From: Luteolibacter sp.
GTDB lineage: Bacteria > Verrucomicrobiota > Verrucomicrobiia > Verrucomicrobiales > Akkermansiaceae
DNA: 64,000 nucleotides
Assembly: GCA_965659125.1 (NCBI GenBank)
Contig: CBFHVO010000004.1
Location: 6,032-70,031, forward strand
Direction of reading: 5' to 3'
Under the pieces are notes generated by a model. It saw only the letters and a program-made list of their open reading frames with translations, was not told the origin of the DNA and did no database searches. A program made the position numbers and the translations under genes. Each line of letters opens with the position of its first letter. Within the stretch, counting starts at the first letter, position 1. Below are positions 28,301 to 37,227 of this stretch, one piece after another.

Positions 28301-28924
28301 TTGGGCAATCTCAGCGTTGCCAAGCTGGTTCTGCATGGGGCAGCCACTGTGCCTGACGACACCTACCTTGTGATCACGGGAAGCGCGACCATCGACACCA
28401 GCACTGTTGAGAATCTGGGCGCCGAAAACGCCGGAACCTTTGAGGGCAAATATGGCTACTTCAACATTAACACGGATGGGGATCTGGAATTGGTGGTCAG
28501 CGCCACTGATCCCGCCGACACCAGCAGCTACGCAGGCTGGAAGAGCTTTCACAGCCTTTCCGGATCATCGGCAAATGATGATGCCGATAATGATGGCGAC
28601 GGCATCCCGCTGTTGCTCGAATATGCCCTTGGCGGGGATCCGGGCGTGGCTTCGCGCGGCATTCTGCCGACCCGCCAGTTCAGCGATGATGCCGGCAATA
28701 CCTATCTCGAGCTGGTGGTGACCCGACCCACCGGCCTGACTGACATCAACTACACCGTGCAGACTGACACAACGCTCACGAGCTGGCCGGTGGATTCTGC
28801 AGGGGTGATTCTGTTCTCAACCACCGACCATGGCAATGACACTGAAACCCTCGTCTACCGAAGAGCGGCAGCGGTGTCGAGCAGTGCACGTGCGTTCATT
28901 CGCTTGAAGGTAACAGCCAACTGA
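25313..28924 (+). CDS. Giant surface protein: unknown N-domain, 2 Ig-like repeats, autotransporter-associated beta-strand (PATR) repeats, shared C-terminal module
   Basis: Signal peptide present. There are two tandem ~100-aa repeats ('P..I.S.NPADN.TG...A.L.ATFD..I......I.....'). PATR-type units include 'GLIKEGQGVLLLNQANTFTGPVRIHGGLVRV' and 'GITKAGTGTLTF'. The C-terminus ends '...ARAFIRLKVTAN'. Confidence 0.8.
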   Translation: MRTDQRAKIFSPCGIVGGLCAMLTALSVEVHGQTLAPLTAAGQSFAGYFVEFDGKEWLLIGRGREGWEFDTDGQGSVDAVSQNVGTSGAFAPACYSDAIINDLLNQAGITDMANLEVRLARASNPGGTGVYQDVRWTNFTGNGGNFTWNLEDSRYGVTIEYKNAPYGLSGAATGIHTGRDTRDANISNNAGRIFTWAWGGHGNQKGFSYGNSVSNGSNSATSFLWEYGNENHAIPYTEVYIPYISNDDQPPSIDSLNPADNDTGIYIGADLVATFDERIALRDGGTITITDLTDGSSTRTITLPNAQVSVSARDLIINLSTNLEVSTQYEVTINSLAIQDTYSTPNAYGGTASGEWTFTTADPDPTAPVITNFSPADNSTGVTNNADDLSLVATFDDNILFGSGNITLVDLATPANNRVIPIGDPRLSITDNRLTITLASDLEMSVEYALQIDAGALINYSAVPFAGISNTTTWSFTTRAGQDGAWTLNNNGQWFDTNNWSGGLIAGGTVANAGGTADFSTIDINNHRTITITGAPAVIGSLILGDSNSSHDYRFSNGTGGSLVFDGPGDTAYLTDTSIRNQLFNHGFVVNDQLVMDISGDTEGSESNPLEGNGTIGGLEVRGEISGPGGITVNGGRLQLRNGSTDTYSGPTILNNGAQVMWRNGNGFTNESTNSNIIINNGVYNRYYDSSVTLQLGTGPRQIQILGGTSGFSANRNGSYTLNNTGATIVWGSAYFNPDKLVLTSNWANTYGKTILHNRIDLNGQSRTISILCNSSNDTGYGNINYPIVDNAATGTGLIKEGQGVLLLNQANTFTGPVRIHGGLVRVTHAAGLGTQADGGLMFTEGGTTLDMRTSLTIRELSSTDIYFGTVTNGGTSILTLTVDQDTDSTYAGVIDDGYTGGQTGITKAGTGTLTFPFDEEIGYGVGSYHTGPTLVNEGAVIMDADWDAAYSDVTVAAGASFGGKGQMAGDLTLADGAKLLFDPAETLTCNGFSVDLGNLSVAKLVLHGAATVPDDTYLVITGSATIDTSTVENLGAENAGTFEGKYGYFNINTDGDLELVVSATDPADTSSYAGWKSFHSLSGSSANDDADNDGDGIPLLLEYALGGDPGVASRGILPTRQFSDDAGNTYLELVVTRPTGLTDINYTVQTDTTLTSWPVDSAGVILFSTTDHGNDTETLVYRRAAAVSSSARAFIRLKVTAN

Positions 28925-29050
28925 AATTCCCAGCCGGGAGGCCGAGGGTAGGCCCGACCACTTCAAACACTCATCGGGCCATTCCGTCTGCAGGTGCATT
29001 GGCTTGGCTCCGCTCGAGCCGGGTATGATCAGGGGCTATCTGGGCGGCCT

Positions 29051-31834
29051 TTATTTGGCCTTGAAGCGATAAGTTCCGCTGCCGACTTCCTTGCGGATGA
29101 ATCCACCGTCATTGGGCAGCTCCAAGCTGGCCGTGGTGTTGGGTGGAATGGTGATCTCGTATTCAATGCCGTCTTCGCCTTTCACACGCTTCCAGTTGGA
29201 GACGATGGTGCCGCGGATGGAATCGTGGGAACTATTGACCCAGTCGAGACCCTCCACCGGTCGCGGCCTGATCAGGATGCGGTCGAAGCCGACGGCATCG
29301 GGCGCGCACTGGATACCACCGAGCCAGCGCAAAAACCAACCGGACACCGAACCAAACATGGGGTGGTTGTTGGAGAAGGTGTTGTCACTGCCGGCCCAAT
29401 GCTCCCATAGGGTGGTGGCGTCGTTCTCGAGCATCCAGCCCCAGGATGGCTCTGTTTTGCGATTGGCGAGTCCGTAGGCGAGGTCGTTGCGCCCATTCTC
29501 GGGAAGTAGCTCGAGCAGCTTCCAAGTGCCGTAAATGCCGGTGGTCAGGCGCGGGCTGTCTTCGGTCGTAGTGAGATCCTTGATCAGCACGTCGAAAACC
29601 TTGTCTTTGTCGTCGGCTGGCACGACACCAAAGCCAAGCGCGAAGGCCTGTTGGGTCTGGTTGGCGAAGCCGACCTTGCCGCTGTCCTTATCGAGATACG
29701 CTTTCTCCCAAGCGGCTTGGCTTTCCTTCGCCCAGGCCTCGCATTGCTTTGCGCTGGCCTCGTCACCGATGATGTGGGCAAGCCGGGCGATGCGTTTGCA
29801 GGAGTCGATGAACTTGGGGGTCTTGAGCTCGGGGCCTTTCTTTTGATCCCCGGGGAGCAAGGCCTCATGATCACCCAGACCAACCATCACCAGAGCGTCC
29901 TTGCGTCGATTGGCTTCGGCTTCGATCCACTCCATGGCGATGGGCAGTTGCTCCTCGAGTAGCTCCTTGTTGCCGTAGTGCTGGTAGAGTTGCTCGATGA
30001 GCAGGGGATGCACCATACCCCAACCCACGCCGCAGTATTTCACACCGGCGTAGGGGGCTGTGTCGGGCATCAGGCCGTTGTCCAGTTGGGCGTCGCCCCA
30101 GTCGCGAAGGGTCTTCGTGTAAAACCCGTTCATGTCGTAGTTCATCAGGAAGGTCTCACTGGTAGCCACGATATCCCCACCATAACCGAAGCGCTCGCGA
30201 TGCGGACAGTCGGACTGCACCGCCACGGTGTTGGCAAGGAAGGTGTTGAGGCAGAGTTGCTGGATACGGTTGAGGAGTTCGTTGGAGCATTCGAATGTGG
30301 CGATGGCCGGTAGGGCAGTGCTGAAGGGGATGGAACGGAAGTTCCCCTTCTTGGGTGCCGAAGGCAGTCCGGCCACTTCCATGTAGCGATAGGAGTGGTA
30401 GGTGTAATCGGGACTGAAAGTCTCACCACCACCTTTGGCGATGTAGATATCCTCCTGCCAGGCGATCTCGGGAGCGCCCGCCCCCCCCATGGACTGCATG
30501 GTGCCGTCGTCCAGGGTGATATTGCGTTTGATTTGGCCGGTGACGCTGGTCATGGGGTTGAGCGTGCCGTCGTCATAAATCAACTCACCGTAGCGCAGGG
30601 TGATCTCGGTGCCGGCAGGAACATTAAAATCAATTTCAGGAATGCCGGTATGGTTGAGCCCGAAGTCAACGACATACACGCCGTCCTTCTTGGGTTCGGT
30701 GATGTTGACTGCGCTCAGGGTTTCATGCGCTCGCACCGGCAGCATGCGCAGCGCTTCGAGTGGCTCGAGCGGAGCTTCGATGACGGTGGCCTTGCGCCAG
30801 GCCGAGTCCTTGAAGCCGGGCTTGTCCCAGCCTTGCGCCGCCTTGCGGGCATCGCGAATCTCGCCGATGTAGATGTTGTTGCGCAGCGAAGCGCCATGGC
30901 CGTATCTCCAGCCTTCGCCACCCGTGGTCAGCAGCGTTTCGGAACCGTCTTCGTGAGTCACCACCAGTTTGGCGATCGCGCGCGGGCGACCGATGAAGAG
31001 GTCGCCTCGCAGGTTGCGTCGACCCCACTTGCGCATGGGCAGGGGGTTGAAGAAGCCGTTGCCGAGCGCGATGCCAAGGCAGTTGTCGCCTTGCACAAGT
31101 AGTTCGGTGACATCGTGGGTGCGGAACTGGATGCGCTCTTGGAAATCAGTCCAGGGTGGATCGAGGAGGTGGTCTTTGATGCGCTCGCCGTTGAGGCTTG
31201 GGTAGCATAGGCCAAGGCCGACCACATGCAGGCGTGCCTGCTTGAAAGGCTTTTCGAGTTTGAACTCCTTGCGAAAGAGGCGGGCCGGATCGGGCTTGTA
31301 GCAGTCCTCATCTTTTTGCGGGTTGGCCTTGCCGTCGAAAATCCACTTCGCACCGGCCCAGTCTTCGGGGGTGGTGGGTGCGACTTCGAAGCTGGCGATT
31401 TCGCTCCAAGGGGAGGGTTTTGCGCGCTGATCCCAGATGCGCACGGTCCAGTAACAGGTCTGTCCGGCTTGCAGGGCCTTGCCAGCGTAAGGGATGAGGG
31501 GTGAGCGCCCGCTTTCGGTTTTACCCGTATCCCAGAGGTCGGCTTTTTCCGGCTCCAGGAGTTCCGGGCTAGTGGCTACCAGGATCTGCCAGGCACTTTG
31601 CTGTACATCGCGCAGATTGCCGGCATTCAGACGCCAGCTGATCTGGGGAGTCTTGCCGACGGCAAGTGGGTCGGTCTTGCCTTCGCAGCGAAGATCCACT
31701 GGCACGATGGCTGCAGACTCCACTTTGGAGGCAGCTTCGCCGGCTTCGGTATCAACGCCGGCTTCCTTGCTGCCGCAGGAGATCAAGCCTAGCAGGTAAA
31801 TGCAGGACAGGCCAAGTCGGAGGATTGCGCTCAT
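29051..31834 (-). CDS. GH78 alpha-L-rhamnosidase (lipoprotein)
   Basis: Lipobox 'LLGLISCGS'. The N-terminal 'DLRCEGKTDPLAVGKTPQISWRL...QSAWQILVA' is the characteristic rhamnosidase N-domain. The ~927-aa size and six-hairpin-region motifs ('DCPHRERFGYGGD') fit. Confidence 0.9.
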   Translation of the reverse strand: MSAILRLGLSCIYLLGLISCGSKEAGVDTEAGEAASKVESAAIVPVDLRCEGKTDPLAVGKTPQISWRLNAGNLRDVQQSAWQILVATSPELLEPEKADLWDTGKTESGRSPLIPYAGKALQAGQTCYWTVRIWDQRAKPSPWSEIASFEVAPTTPEDWAGAKWIFDGKANPQKDEDCYKPDPARLFRKEFKLEKPFKQARLHVVGLGLCYPSLNGERIKDHLLDPPWTDFQERIQFRTHDVTELLVQGDNCLGIALGNGFFNPLPMRKWGRRNLRGDLFIGRPRAIAKLVVTHEDGSETLLTTGGEGWRYGHGASLRNNIYIGEIRDARKAAQGWDKPGFKDSAWRKATVIEAPLEPLEALRMLPVRAHETLSAVNITEPKKDGVYVVDFGLNHTGIPEIDFNVPAGTEITLRYGELIYDDGTLNPMTSVTGQIKRNITLDDGTMQSMGGAGAPEIAWQEDIYIAKGGGETFSPDYTYHSYRYMEVAGLPSAPKKGNFRSIPFSTALPAIATFECSNELLNRIQQLCLNTFLANTVAVQSDCPHRERFGYGGDIVATSETFLMNYDMNGFYTKTLRDWGDAQLDNGLMPDTAPYAGVKYCGVGWGMVHPLLIEQLYQHYGNKELLEEQLPIAMEWIEAEANRRKDALVMVGLGDHEALLPGDQKKGPELKTPKFIDSCKRIARLAHIIGDEASAKQCEAWAKESQAAWEKAYLDKDSGKVGFANQTQQAFALGFGVVPADDKDKVFDVLIKDLTTTEDSPRLTTGIYGTWKLLELLPENGRNDLAYGLANRKTEPSWGWMLENDATTLWEHWAGSDNTFSNNHPMFGSVSGWFLRWLGGIQCAPDAVGFDRILIRPRPVEGLDWVNSSHDSIRGTIVSNWKRVKGEDGIEYEITIPPNTTASLELPNDGGFIRKEVGSGTYRFKAK

Positions 31835-31840
31835 GCCTGC

Positions 31841-34270
31841 TTACTTGATATCGAAGTTCAAGGTGGCTTTCTCACCGGCTTTGAGCGGGGCCTTCACGGT
31901 GATGCGCTCGCCCTTGCCGGGGATGCTGATTTCCACTTCCTGGGTCGACTTGGAGGTCAGTTCGCAACTGATCTTGCCGTCCTTCCACTCGAGGCGGTGG
32001 ATTTCGATGCCACCGCGGCAGAGCACGCCTTCGATGCTGCCCTCGGCCCATTGCTCGGGCAGGGCGGGCAGCAGCTTGATTTCACCGATGTCGGAACCCA
32101 CCAGCATCTGGATGATCAGGGCGGGCTGACCCCCGCTGATGTCCATGTTGAAGAGGTGGCGATGGTTGTGCATGGAGGCCAGGTTGTTGAGCCAGAAGCG
32201 GTTTACCAGATGGCGCAGGCAAAGGTAGGAGAGTTCACCGTCACCAAGGGTGGAGACAACCTGACCGAGCTGAACCAGACCAAAGGACATGAAGCCGCGG
32301 TCTTCGGGGTCCTTCCAGTGTTCGGCGAGCTTGTACTCCACGCTCTTGCGGAAGCCTTCGAGCAGTTCAGGATCGTTTTCGATCTCTTCGGGCATCACGT
32401 AGTAGAGCGGGTAGAGTTGTGAGGAGTGGCGGTGCTTGTCGTTGTTGCCGAGGCGCGGAGTGAGCCATTCCTTGATGTGCCCCTGCTCGTCGAGCGTGTA
32501 GGGAGGCATCTTCTTGAGCATGCCTTCCCACTTGGGGATCTTGCCGGCATTCACCCCAAGCACGCGGGAGGCGTGGATGAGATTGGTGAGCGTCTCCTTG
32601 GCCACGGCTACGTCCATGGTGGCGTTGTAGCTGGCTTGGGCTTTCTGCTCCTCGGGCACGCCGGAAGGCCAGTTCTCCGGAGACTGGGTGGGAGAGAAAA
32701 TGTATTGGCCGTTCTCATCCTCGTAGCAGAAGTCCTCGAAGAACAAGGCGACCTGTTCCATGTAGGGCACAGCGTGCTTGGCGAGGAAGTCCTTGTCGCC
32801 GGTGAAGAGGTAGTAGTCGTAGAAAAAACGGGCGGCTTTGCCGGCGCCGGCAACCCACATGCCACCGGCGAAATTGGGAGCCAGCGCGTTGTTGTAGCCG
32901 TTGGTGGTGGAGCGCGAGGGCAGGACAATGCCACGACAACCGAAGAGGTGCTTGGCGTTGAGCTGCATGTCAGCAATCAGTGACTCGATGTAGCGGGTGT
33001 AGGCCGGTGTCAGCTCGGGCATGTTGCCCGGCAGGTTGGCGGCGATGGCTGAGGGAACGTTGCCGTTGTGGGTGAAGTCGCTCGCCCAGTTGGGAACGTA
33101 GGTGCCACCCCAATTGCCTTGAAGGTTGGGCGGCAGCTTGCCGGTGGAGCAGAGGATGTTGTAGCGGCCGGCGTCGAATTGTTTCTCGATGAGCGCAGGG
33201 TTGATGTCCTGCCAGGTGGAGAGTTCGAGAAGCTGCTCGGTGCTTTTTTTGTGATCCTCTTCACTGCCGCCGATGTTGAGCTTCACACGCGCGAAGATCT
33301 CACTGTGAATTTTGGCGTGGCTGGCGAGCAATTTGTCGTAGTTGGCTTCGACCTTGTCGAGTTTGGCGGCAAGTTCCTTGAAGAGATCGCTGCCTTTTTG
33401 TGTGGGTAGGGCGATGTCGATGAGGATCAACACTTCATCTGCACCATTGATGGTGATCGAGCCGTCCTGCTTGGCGGCTGCCTGGCCGCCCTTGGTGATG
33501 ACGCGGGCATGGGTGTTGACTGCGGTGATGCTACCCTCGTAGGCCTTGAGACATTGCATGCTGTAGGAGAGGGAGTCGGCGGTGGAACTGCTGACGATGT
33601 TGCCGAAGTGCTCCTTGAAGGAGTCGCTCGATTTCATCGCAATGTCGGTGTCCTTGTTGAACTCATCGCTGAGCTCGCGCGCAACGAGCTTGAGTTGGGT
33701 ATTGAGGGTTCCGGGCTTGGTGGAGCGGATGCGTACTACGGCCACGCCATCCTTGCGGGAAACGAACATGCCACGCTCGAAAGTGCCGAGGTCGTTGGTC
33801 CATTTCACCAGTGCCTCGCCGGAGGCGAAGTTGACGGTGCGTGCGTAGTCGCTGCATTTGCCGCCAGGCTGTTGGATCAACAGGTCGCAGGCCGGAACGA
33901 AAAAATCCGGATACATGAAGCCTTTCTGGCCGGATTTGTCGAATTGCAGCTGCTCGGCATCGTTGTATTTTCCCTCGGCGATCAGTCTGCGGATCTCGGG
34001 AAGGAATTCGGACTGGTCAACGGGCACGTGAGGAGCACCCATGGGCATGAAGAGTTCCTCGTGGGTGAGGATGATGCGTTCCTCATTGGGATGGCTGAAG
34101 GCCAGGGTGCCAAGTGTGCCGTTGCCCGAGATCAGCCCTTCTTCCCAGTTCTTGGCAGGCCGCGAGCTGATGAAGCCGCGTTGCGGCACGGGTAAGAGCT
34201 CGGCGTGGCTGGTCATGGTGCTGAGGAGGCTCATGGCGATGGTGGTAGAGAGGAGACGAAGACCGTTCAT
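31841..34270 (-). CDS. GH95-family-like glycoside hydrolase (alpha-L-fucosidase/galactosidase type)
   Basis: 'NWEEGLISGNGTLGTLAFSHPNEERIILTHEELF' matches the GH95 N-terminal (Glyco_hyd_65N_2) pattern. An N-x-N element ('THNGN') sits where GH95 has NINxxMNYW. Start chosen at MNGLRLLSTTIAMSLL (signal). It ends 6 nt before the GH78 start. Confidence 0.7.
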   Translation of the reverse strand: MNGLRLLSTTIAMSLLSTMTSHAELLPVPQRGFISSRPAKNWEEGLISGNGTLGTLAFSHPNEERIILTHEELFMPMGAPHVPVDQSEFLPEIRRLIAEGKYNDAEQLQFDKSGQKGFMYPDFFVPACDLLIQQPGGKCSDYARTVNFASGEALVKWTNDLGTFERGMFVSRKDGVAVVRIRSTKPGTLNTQLKLVARELSDEFNKDTDIAMKSSDSFKEHFGNIVSSSTADSLSYSMQCLKAYEGSITAVNTHARVITKGGQAAAKQDGSITINGADEVLILIDIALPTQKGSDLFKELAAKLDKVEANYDKLLASHAKIHSEIFARVKLNIGGSEEDHKKSTEQLLELSTWQDINPALIEKQFDAGRYNILCSTGKLPPNLQGNWGGTYVPNWASDFTHNGNVPSAIAANLPGNMPELTPAYTRYIESLIADMQLNAKHLFGCRGIVLPSRSTTNGYNNALAPNFAGGMWVAGAGKAARFFYDYYLFTGDKDFLAKHAVPYMEQVALFFEDFCYEDENGQYIFSPTQSPENWPSGVPEEQKAQASYNATMDVAVAKETLTNLIHASRVLGVNAGKIPKWEGMLKKMPPYTLDEQGHIKEWLTPRLGNNDKHRHSSQLYPLYYVMPEEIENDPELLEGFRKSVEYKLAEHWKDPEDRGFMSFGLVQLGQVVSTLGDGELSYLCLRHLVNRFWLNNLASMHNHRHLFNMDISGGQPALIIQMLVGSDIGEIKLLPALPEQWAEGSIEGVLCRGGIEIHRLEWKDGKISCELTSKSTQEVEISIPGKGERITVKAPLKAGEKATLNFDIK

Positions 34271-34558
34271 GAATGGGTGTGTTTGAATGCTGAGGCGGAT
34301 GTTGGGCAAGTGGGAGGGACGCGGCAAGCGTATCCGAATTTTGCCAAAAAATGGGGCCTCAATCCTAAGCTACTCACTGCTTGTCGTGCTCTTGAAATGC
34401 ATACTTGCTCTCAATTTGCCCGCTTGCGGCGGCCACCACGGGAATTGGACTGCTGCAACGCAGTTTAGGGATTGCCCCCGGCGGATGTGCCTTTCCATAC
34501 TGCTACACCGAATGGCCTGTAGGCTCGGGCGCTGACGGCTCAACCCATACAACCCATC

Positions 34559-36232
34559 ATGACCACTCCATTTCTCGCCGCGACCGTCTCCGGAATCGAT
34601 GTCATCATCATCATCGGCTACCTCGTTGCCATCATCGCCCTCGGCATCATCGTCGGCTTCCGCAAGAACACCACTGCCAGCCAGCTCTTTCTGAGTGGCC
34701 GCTCGATGACCTGGCCCGTCATCGGCATCTCGCTCTTCTGTGCTAACATTTCCTCCATCCATCTCGTGGGTCTTGCCGCCGGCGGCTTCGGTGAAGGTAT
34801 GCCTGTGGGTAACTTCGAGTGGGGTGCCTCCTTCTGTCTGATCATCCTCGGTCTGGTATTTGCGCCCTTTTACTTCCGCAGCCAGCTCAGCACGCTGCCC
34901 GAATACGTTGAGAAGCGATACAGCCCCGGCACGCGCACCATCTTGGGCGTGATCTTCATTCTCTCCGCTCTGCTGGTGCACATCGGTATCAGTCTTTATG
35001 CCGGTGCGGTGCTGATGGAGAAGTTCTTCGGCATCGGCGTGGTGACCTCCATCATTCTGATGGCCGGTCTGGCCGCCGTTTACACCGTGCTCGGTGGCCT
35101 GCGTGCGGTGATGATCACCAACCTAGTGCAGGTTGTGGTCCTGCTGGCGGGTGCGATCACCCTGACCTACCTCGCATGGCAGGCTCTTGGCGAGAAGGGC
35201 ATCACAACATACGCCCAACTCAAGGAAGCGGTGATGACCACTTCACAGGCGAGTGGCGACAATATTTCGCCGACTGTTCTGCAGTCCATCAAGAACCCGG
35301 AAGGCGGTCTTAACAAGTTCTCCTGGCTGTGTGTGCTGGTGGGCTATCCGATTCTGGGCATCTGGTACTGGTGCACCGATCAGACTATCGTCCAGAACGT
35401 GCTTGCCGCCAAAACCGAGAAAGACGGCCGCGCCGGCGCTATCTTCGGTGGCTTCCTCAAGATCCTGCCGGTTTTCTGCATGGTGCTGCCCGGCATGATG
35501 GCCTACGTGCTCTACAAGGACCAGATCAAGGACAACAACGATACGCTTACCGTCCTGATGCGAGAGTTGCTCAAGCCCGGCTTCATGGGTCTGTTCGCGG
35601 CCGGCCTGCTGGCCGCCCTGATGAGTACAGTGGCCGCCGCCCTCAACAGCATCGCGACTCTTGCCTCCAATGATGTCTACAAGCGTCTTCATCCGGATGC
35701 CTCAGAAAAGAGGATGGTCTGGGTGGGTCGTGTCGCCGCCATTGTGGTGGTGCTGCTCGCCATGCTTTGGTCCACCCAAGGTGGCTCCTTCCCCAGCATC
35801 TTCGACGCCATCAACCAGATCCCGATGATGTTCGCACCGGCTATCACCACCATCTTCCTTGGCGGGGTGTTCTGGAAGCGCGGCACCAAGCAGGCGGCCA
35901 TCTTCACCATGGTATTCAATATGGCGGTGGGTGTGCTCTACATGCTGGCCGTCTTGGTCGACAAACCGATCTTCACCCAAACCCAGTGGATCGCTGACTT
36001 CGTGGCCATTCCCTTCATGCTGGTGGGTGGCATTTTCTTCGCGCTCTGCCTGCTTGCCTATGTGGTCGTCAGTCTGGCAACGCCCGCTCCCGCCGAGGAG
36101 AAAGTCAAGGGCTTGGTGTGGGAGCACCCGCTCGCCTTCCTGAGCGAAGGTAAGATTTCCGGTGTGACCGATCCGCGCATCATGGCCCTGATCCTGCTGG
36201 CGCTGATGGTCGTTCTCTACATCGTCATGTAG
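34559..36232 (+). CDS. Sodium:solute symporter family (SSF/SGLT-type) sugar transporter
   Basis: A 557-aa polytopic membrane protein. 'FLSGRSMTWPVIGISL' and 'TLPEYVEKRY' are conserved SSF blocks. Confidence 0.85.
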   Translation: MTTPFLAATVSGIDVIIIIGYLVAIIALGIIVGFRKNTTASQLFLSGRSMTWPVIGISLFCANISSIHLVGLAAGGFGEGMPVGNFEWGASFCLIILGLVFAPFYFRSQLSTLPEYVEKRYSPGTRTILGVIFILSALLVHIGISLYAGAVLMEKFFGIGVVTSIILMAGLAAVYTVLGGLRAVMITNLVQVVVLLAGAITLTYLAWQALGEKGITTYAQLKEAVMTTSQASGDNISPTVLQSIKNPEGGLNKFSWLCVLVGYPILGIWYWCTDQTIVQNVLAAKTEKDGRAGAIFGGFLKILPVFCMVLPGMMAYVLYKDQIKDNNDTLTVLMRELLKPGFMGLFAAGLLAALMSTVAAALNSIATLASNDVYKRLHPDASEKRMVWVGRVAAIVVVLLAMLWSTQGGSFPSIFDAINQIPMMFAPAITTIFLGGVFWKRGTKQAAIFTMVFNMAVGVLYMLAVLVDKPIFTQTQWIADFVAIPFMLVGGIFFALCLLAYVVVSLATPAPAEEKVKGLVWEHPLAFLSEGKISGVTDPRIMALILLALMVVLYIVM

Positions 36233-36251
36233 GCTCCAGTTACTCTTCGTC

Positions 36252-37214
36252 ATGGAATATCACATCCTCGGCAAAACCGGGCTCAACGTCTCCGAAATCA
36301 GTTTCGGCGCCTCGGCTCTGGGTGGTGTATTCCGTGACATCGATGAGGCCGACGGTATCGCCGCCGTGCACGAGGCGCTGGAGGAGGGTATCAACTACTT
36401 CGATGTCGCGCCCGCCTACGGTGGCACCGTGGCGGAAACCGTGCTCGGCAGGGCCCTGCACGGCATTCAGCGCGAGCGCTACGTGCTTTCCACCAAGGCC
36501 GGCAAATACACCGAGCCCGGCGGCTACGGCAATGACGAGCTCAACTACAGCGAGGAGCGCATGCGCAAGGGACTGCAGGAAAGTATGGAGCGTCTCGGTG
36601 TGGACTACATTGACATCGTCCACCTTCACGATTTCGAATATCAAGGCGGCTCCAAGACCGAGATGGCCTTCGAGGAGGGTTTCCCAGCGCTGCAAAAGTT
36701 CAAGAAGGAGGGCCTGATCGGAGCGGTCAGTGCCGGCATCTACCCGCTGGATCTTTGGTTTCGCGTGATTGAAGAGGCTCGCGTCGACTGCATCCTCACC
36801 CACAACCACTACAGCCTGATTGACACCCGTGGCAAAGAACTCGCGCCACTCTGCAAAGAGAAGAACATCGGCATGATCAATGCCTCGCCCTTTGGCAGTG
36901 GTTGTCTAACGGGTGGCAAGTTAGCCGACTGGCATCCGGCCAATGAGCAGCAGCGCGCTCTTTTCGACGAAGTTGCCCACTGGTGCAGCGAGGCAGGCAC
37001 TCACATTGCCAAGCTCGCCCTGCAGTTCTCGCTGCATGACAGCCCGTTCCACACCACCATGTTCAGCACCGCGCGACTGAGCTCGCTCAAGCGCAACCTC
37101 GAGTGGATCGAGGAGCCCTATGAGCAAGAACTCATTGAAAAGGTCCGTAAGATGCTCGCACCCGTCATCGACCATCAATGGGACTACGATGCCGGAGTTG
37201 ATAACGTCACCTAA
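36252..37214 (+). CDS. Aldo/keto reductase, L-galactose/L-fucose (D-threo-aldose) 1-dehydrogenase-like
   Basis: 'LGKTGLNVSEISFGASALGGVF....AV.EALEEGINYFDVAPAYGGTVAETVLGRAL' closely follows the AKR pattern of L-galactose/D-threo-aldose dehydrogenases. Confidence 0.7.
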   Translation: MEYHILGKTGLNVSEISFGASALGGVFRDIDEADGIAAVHEALEEGINYFDVAPAYGGTVAETVLGRALHGIQRERYVLSTKAGKYTEPGGYGNDELNYSEERMRKGLQESMERLGVDYIDIVHLHDFEYQGGSKTEMAFEEGFPALQKFKKEGLIGAVSAGIYPLDLWFRVIEEARVDCILTHNHYSLIDTRGKELAPLCKEKNIGMINASPFGSGCLTGGKLADWHPANEQQRALFDEVAHWCSEAGTHIAKLALQFSLHDSPFHTTMFSTARLSSLKRNLEWIEEPYEQELIEKVRKMLAPVIDHQWDYDAGVDNVT

Positions 37215-37227
37215 GACATCCCTTGCC

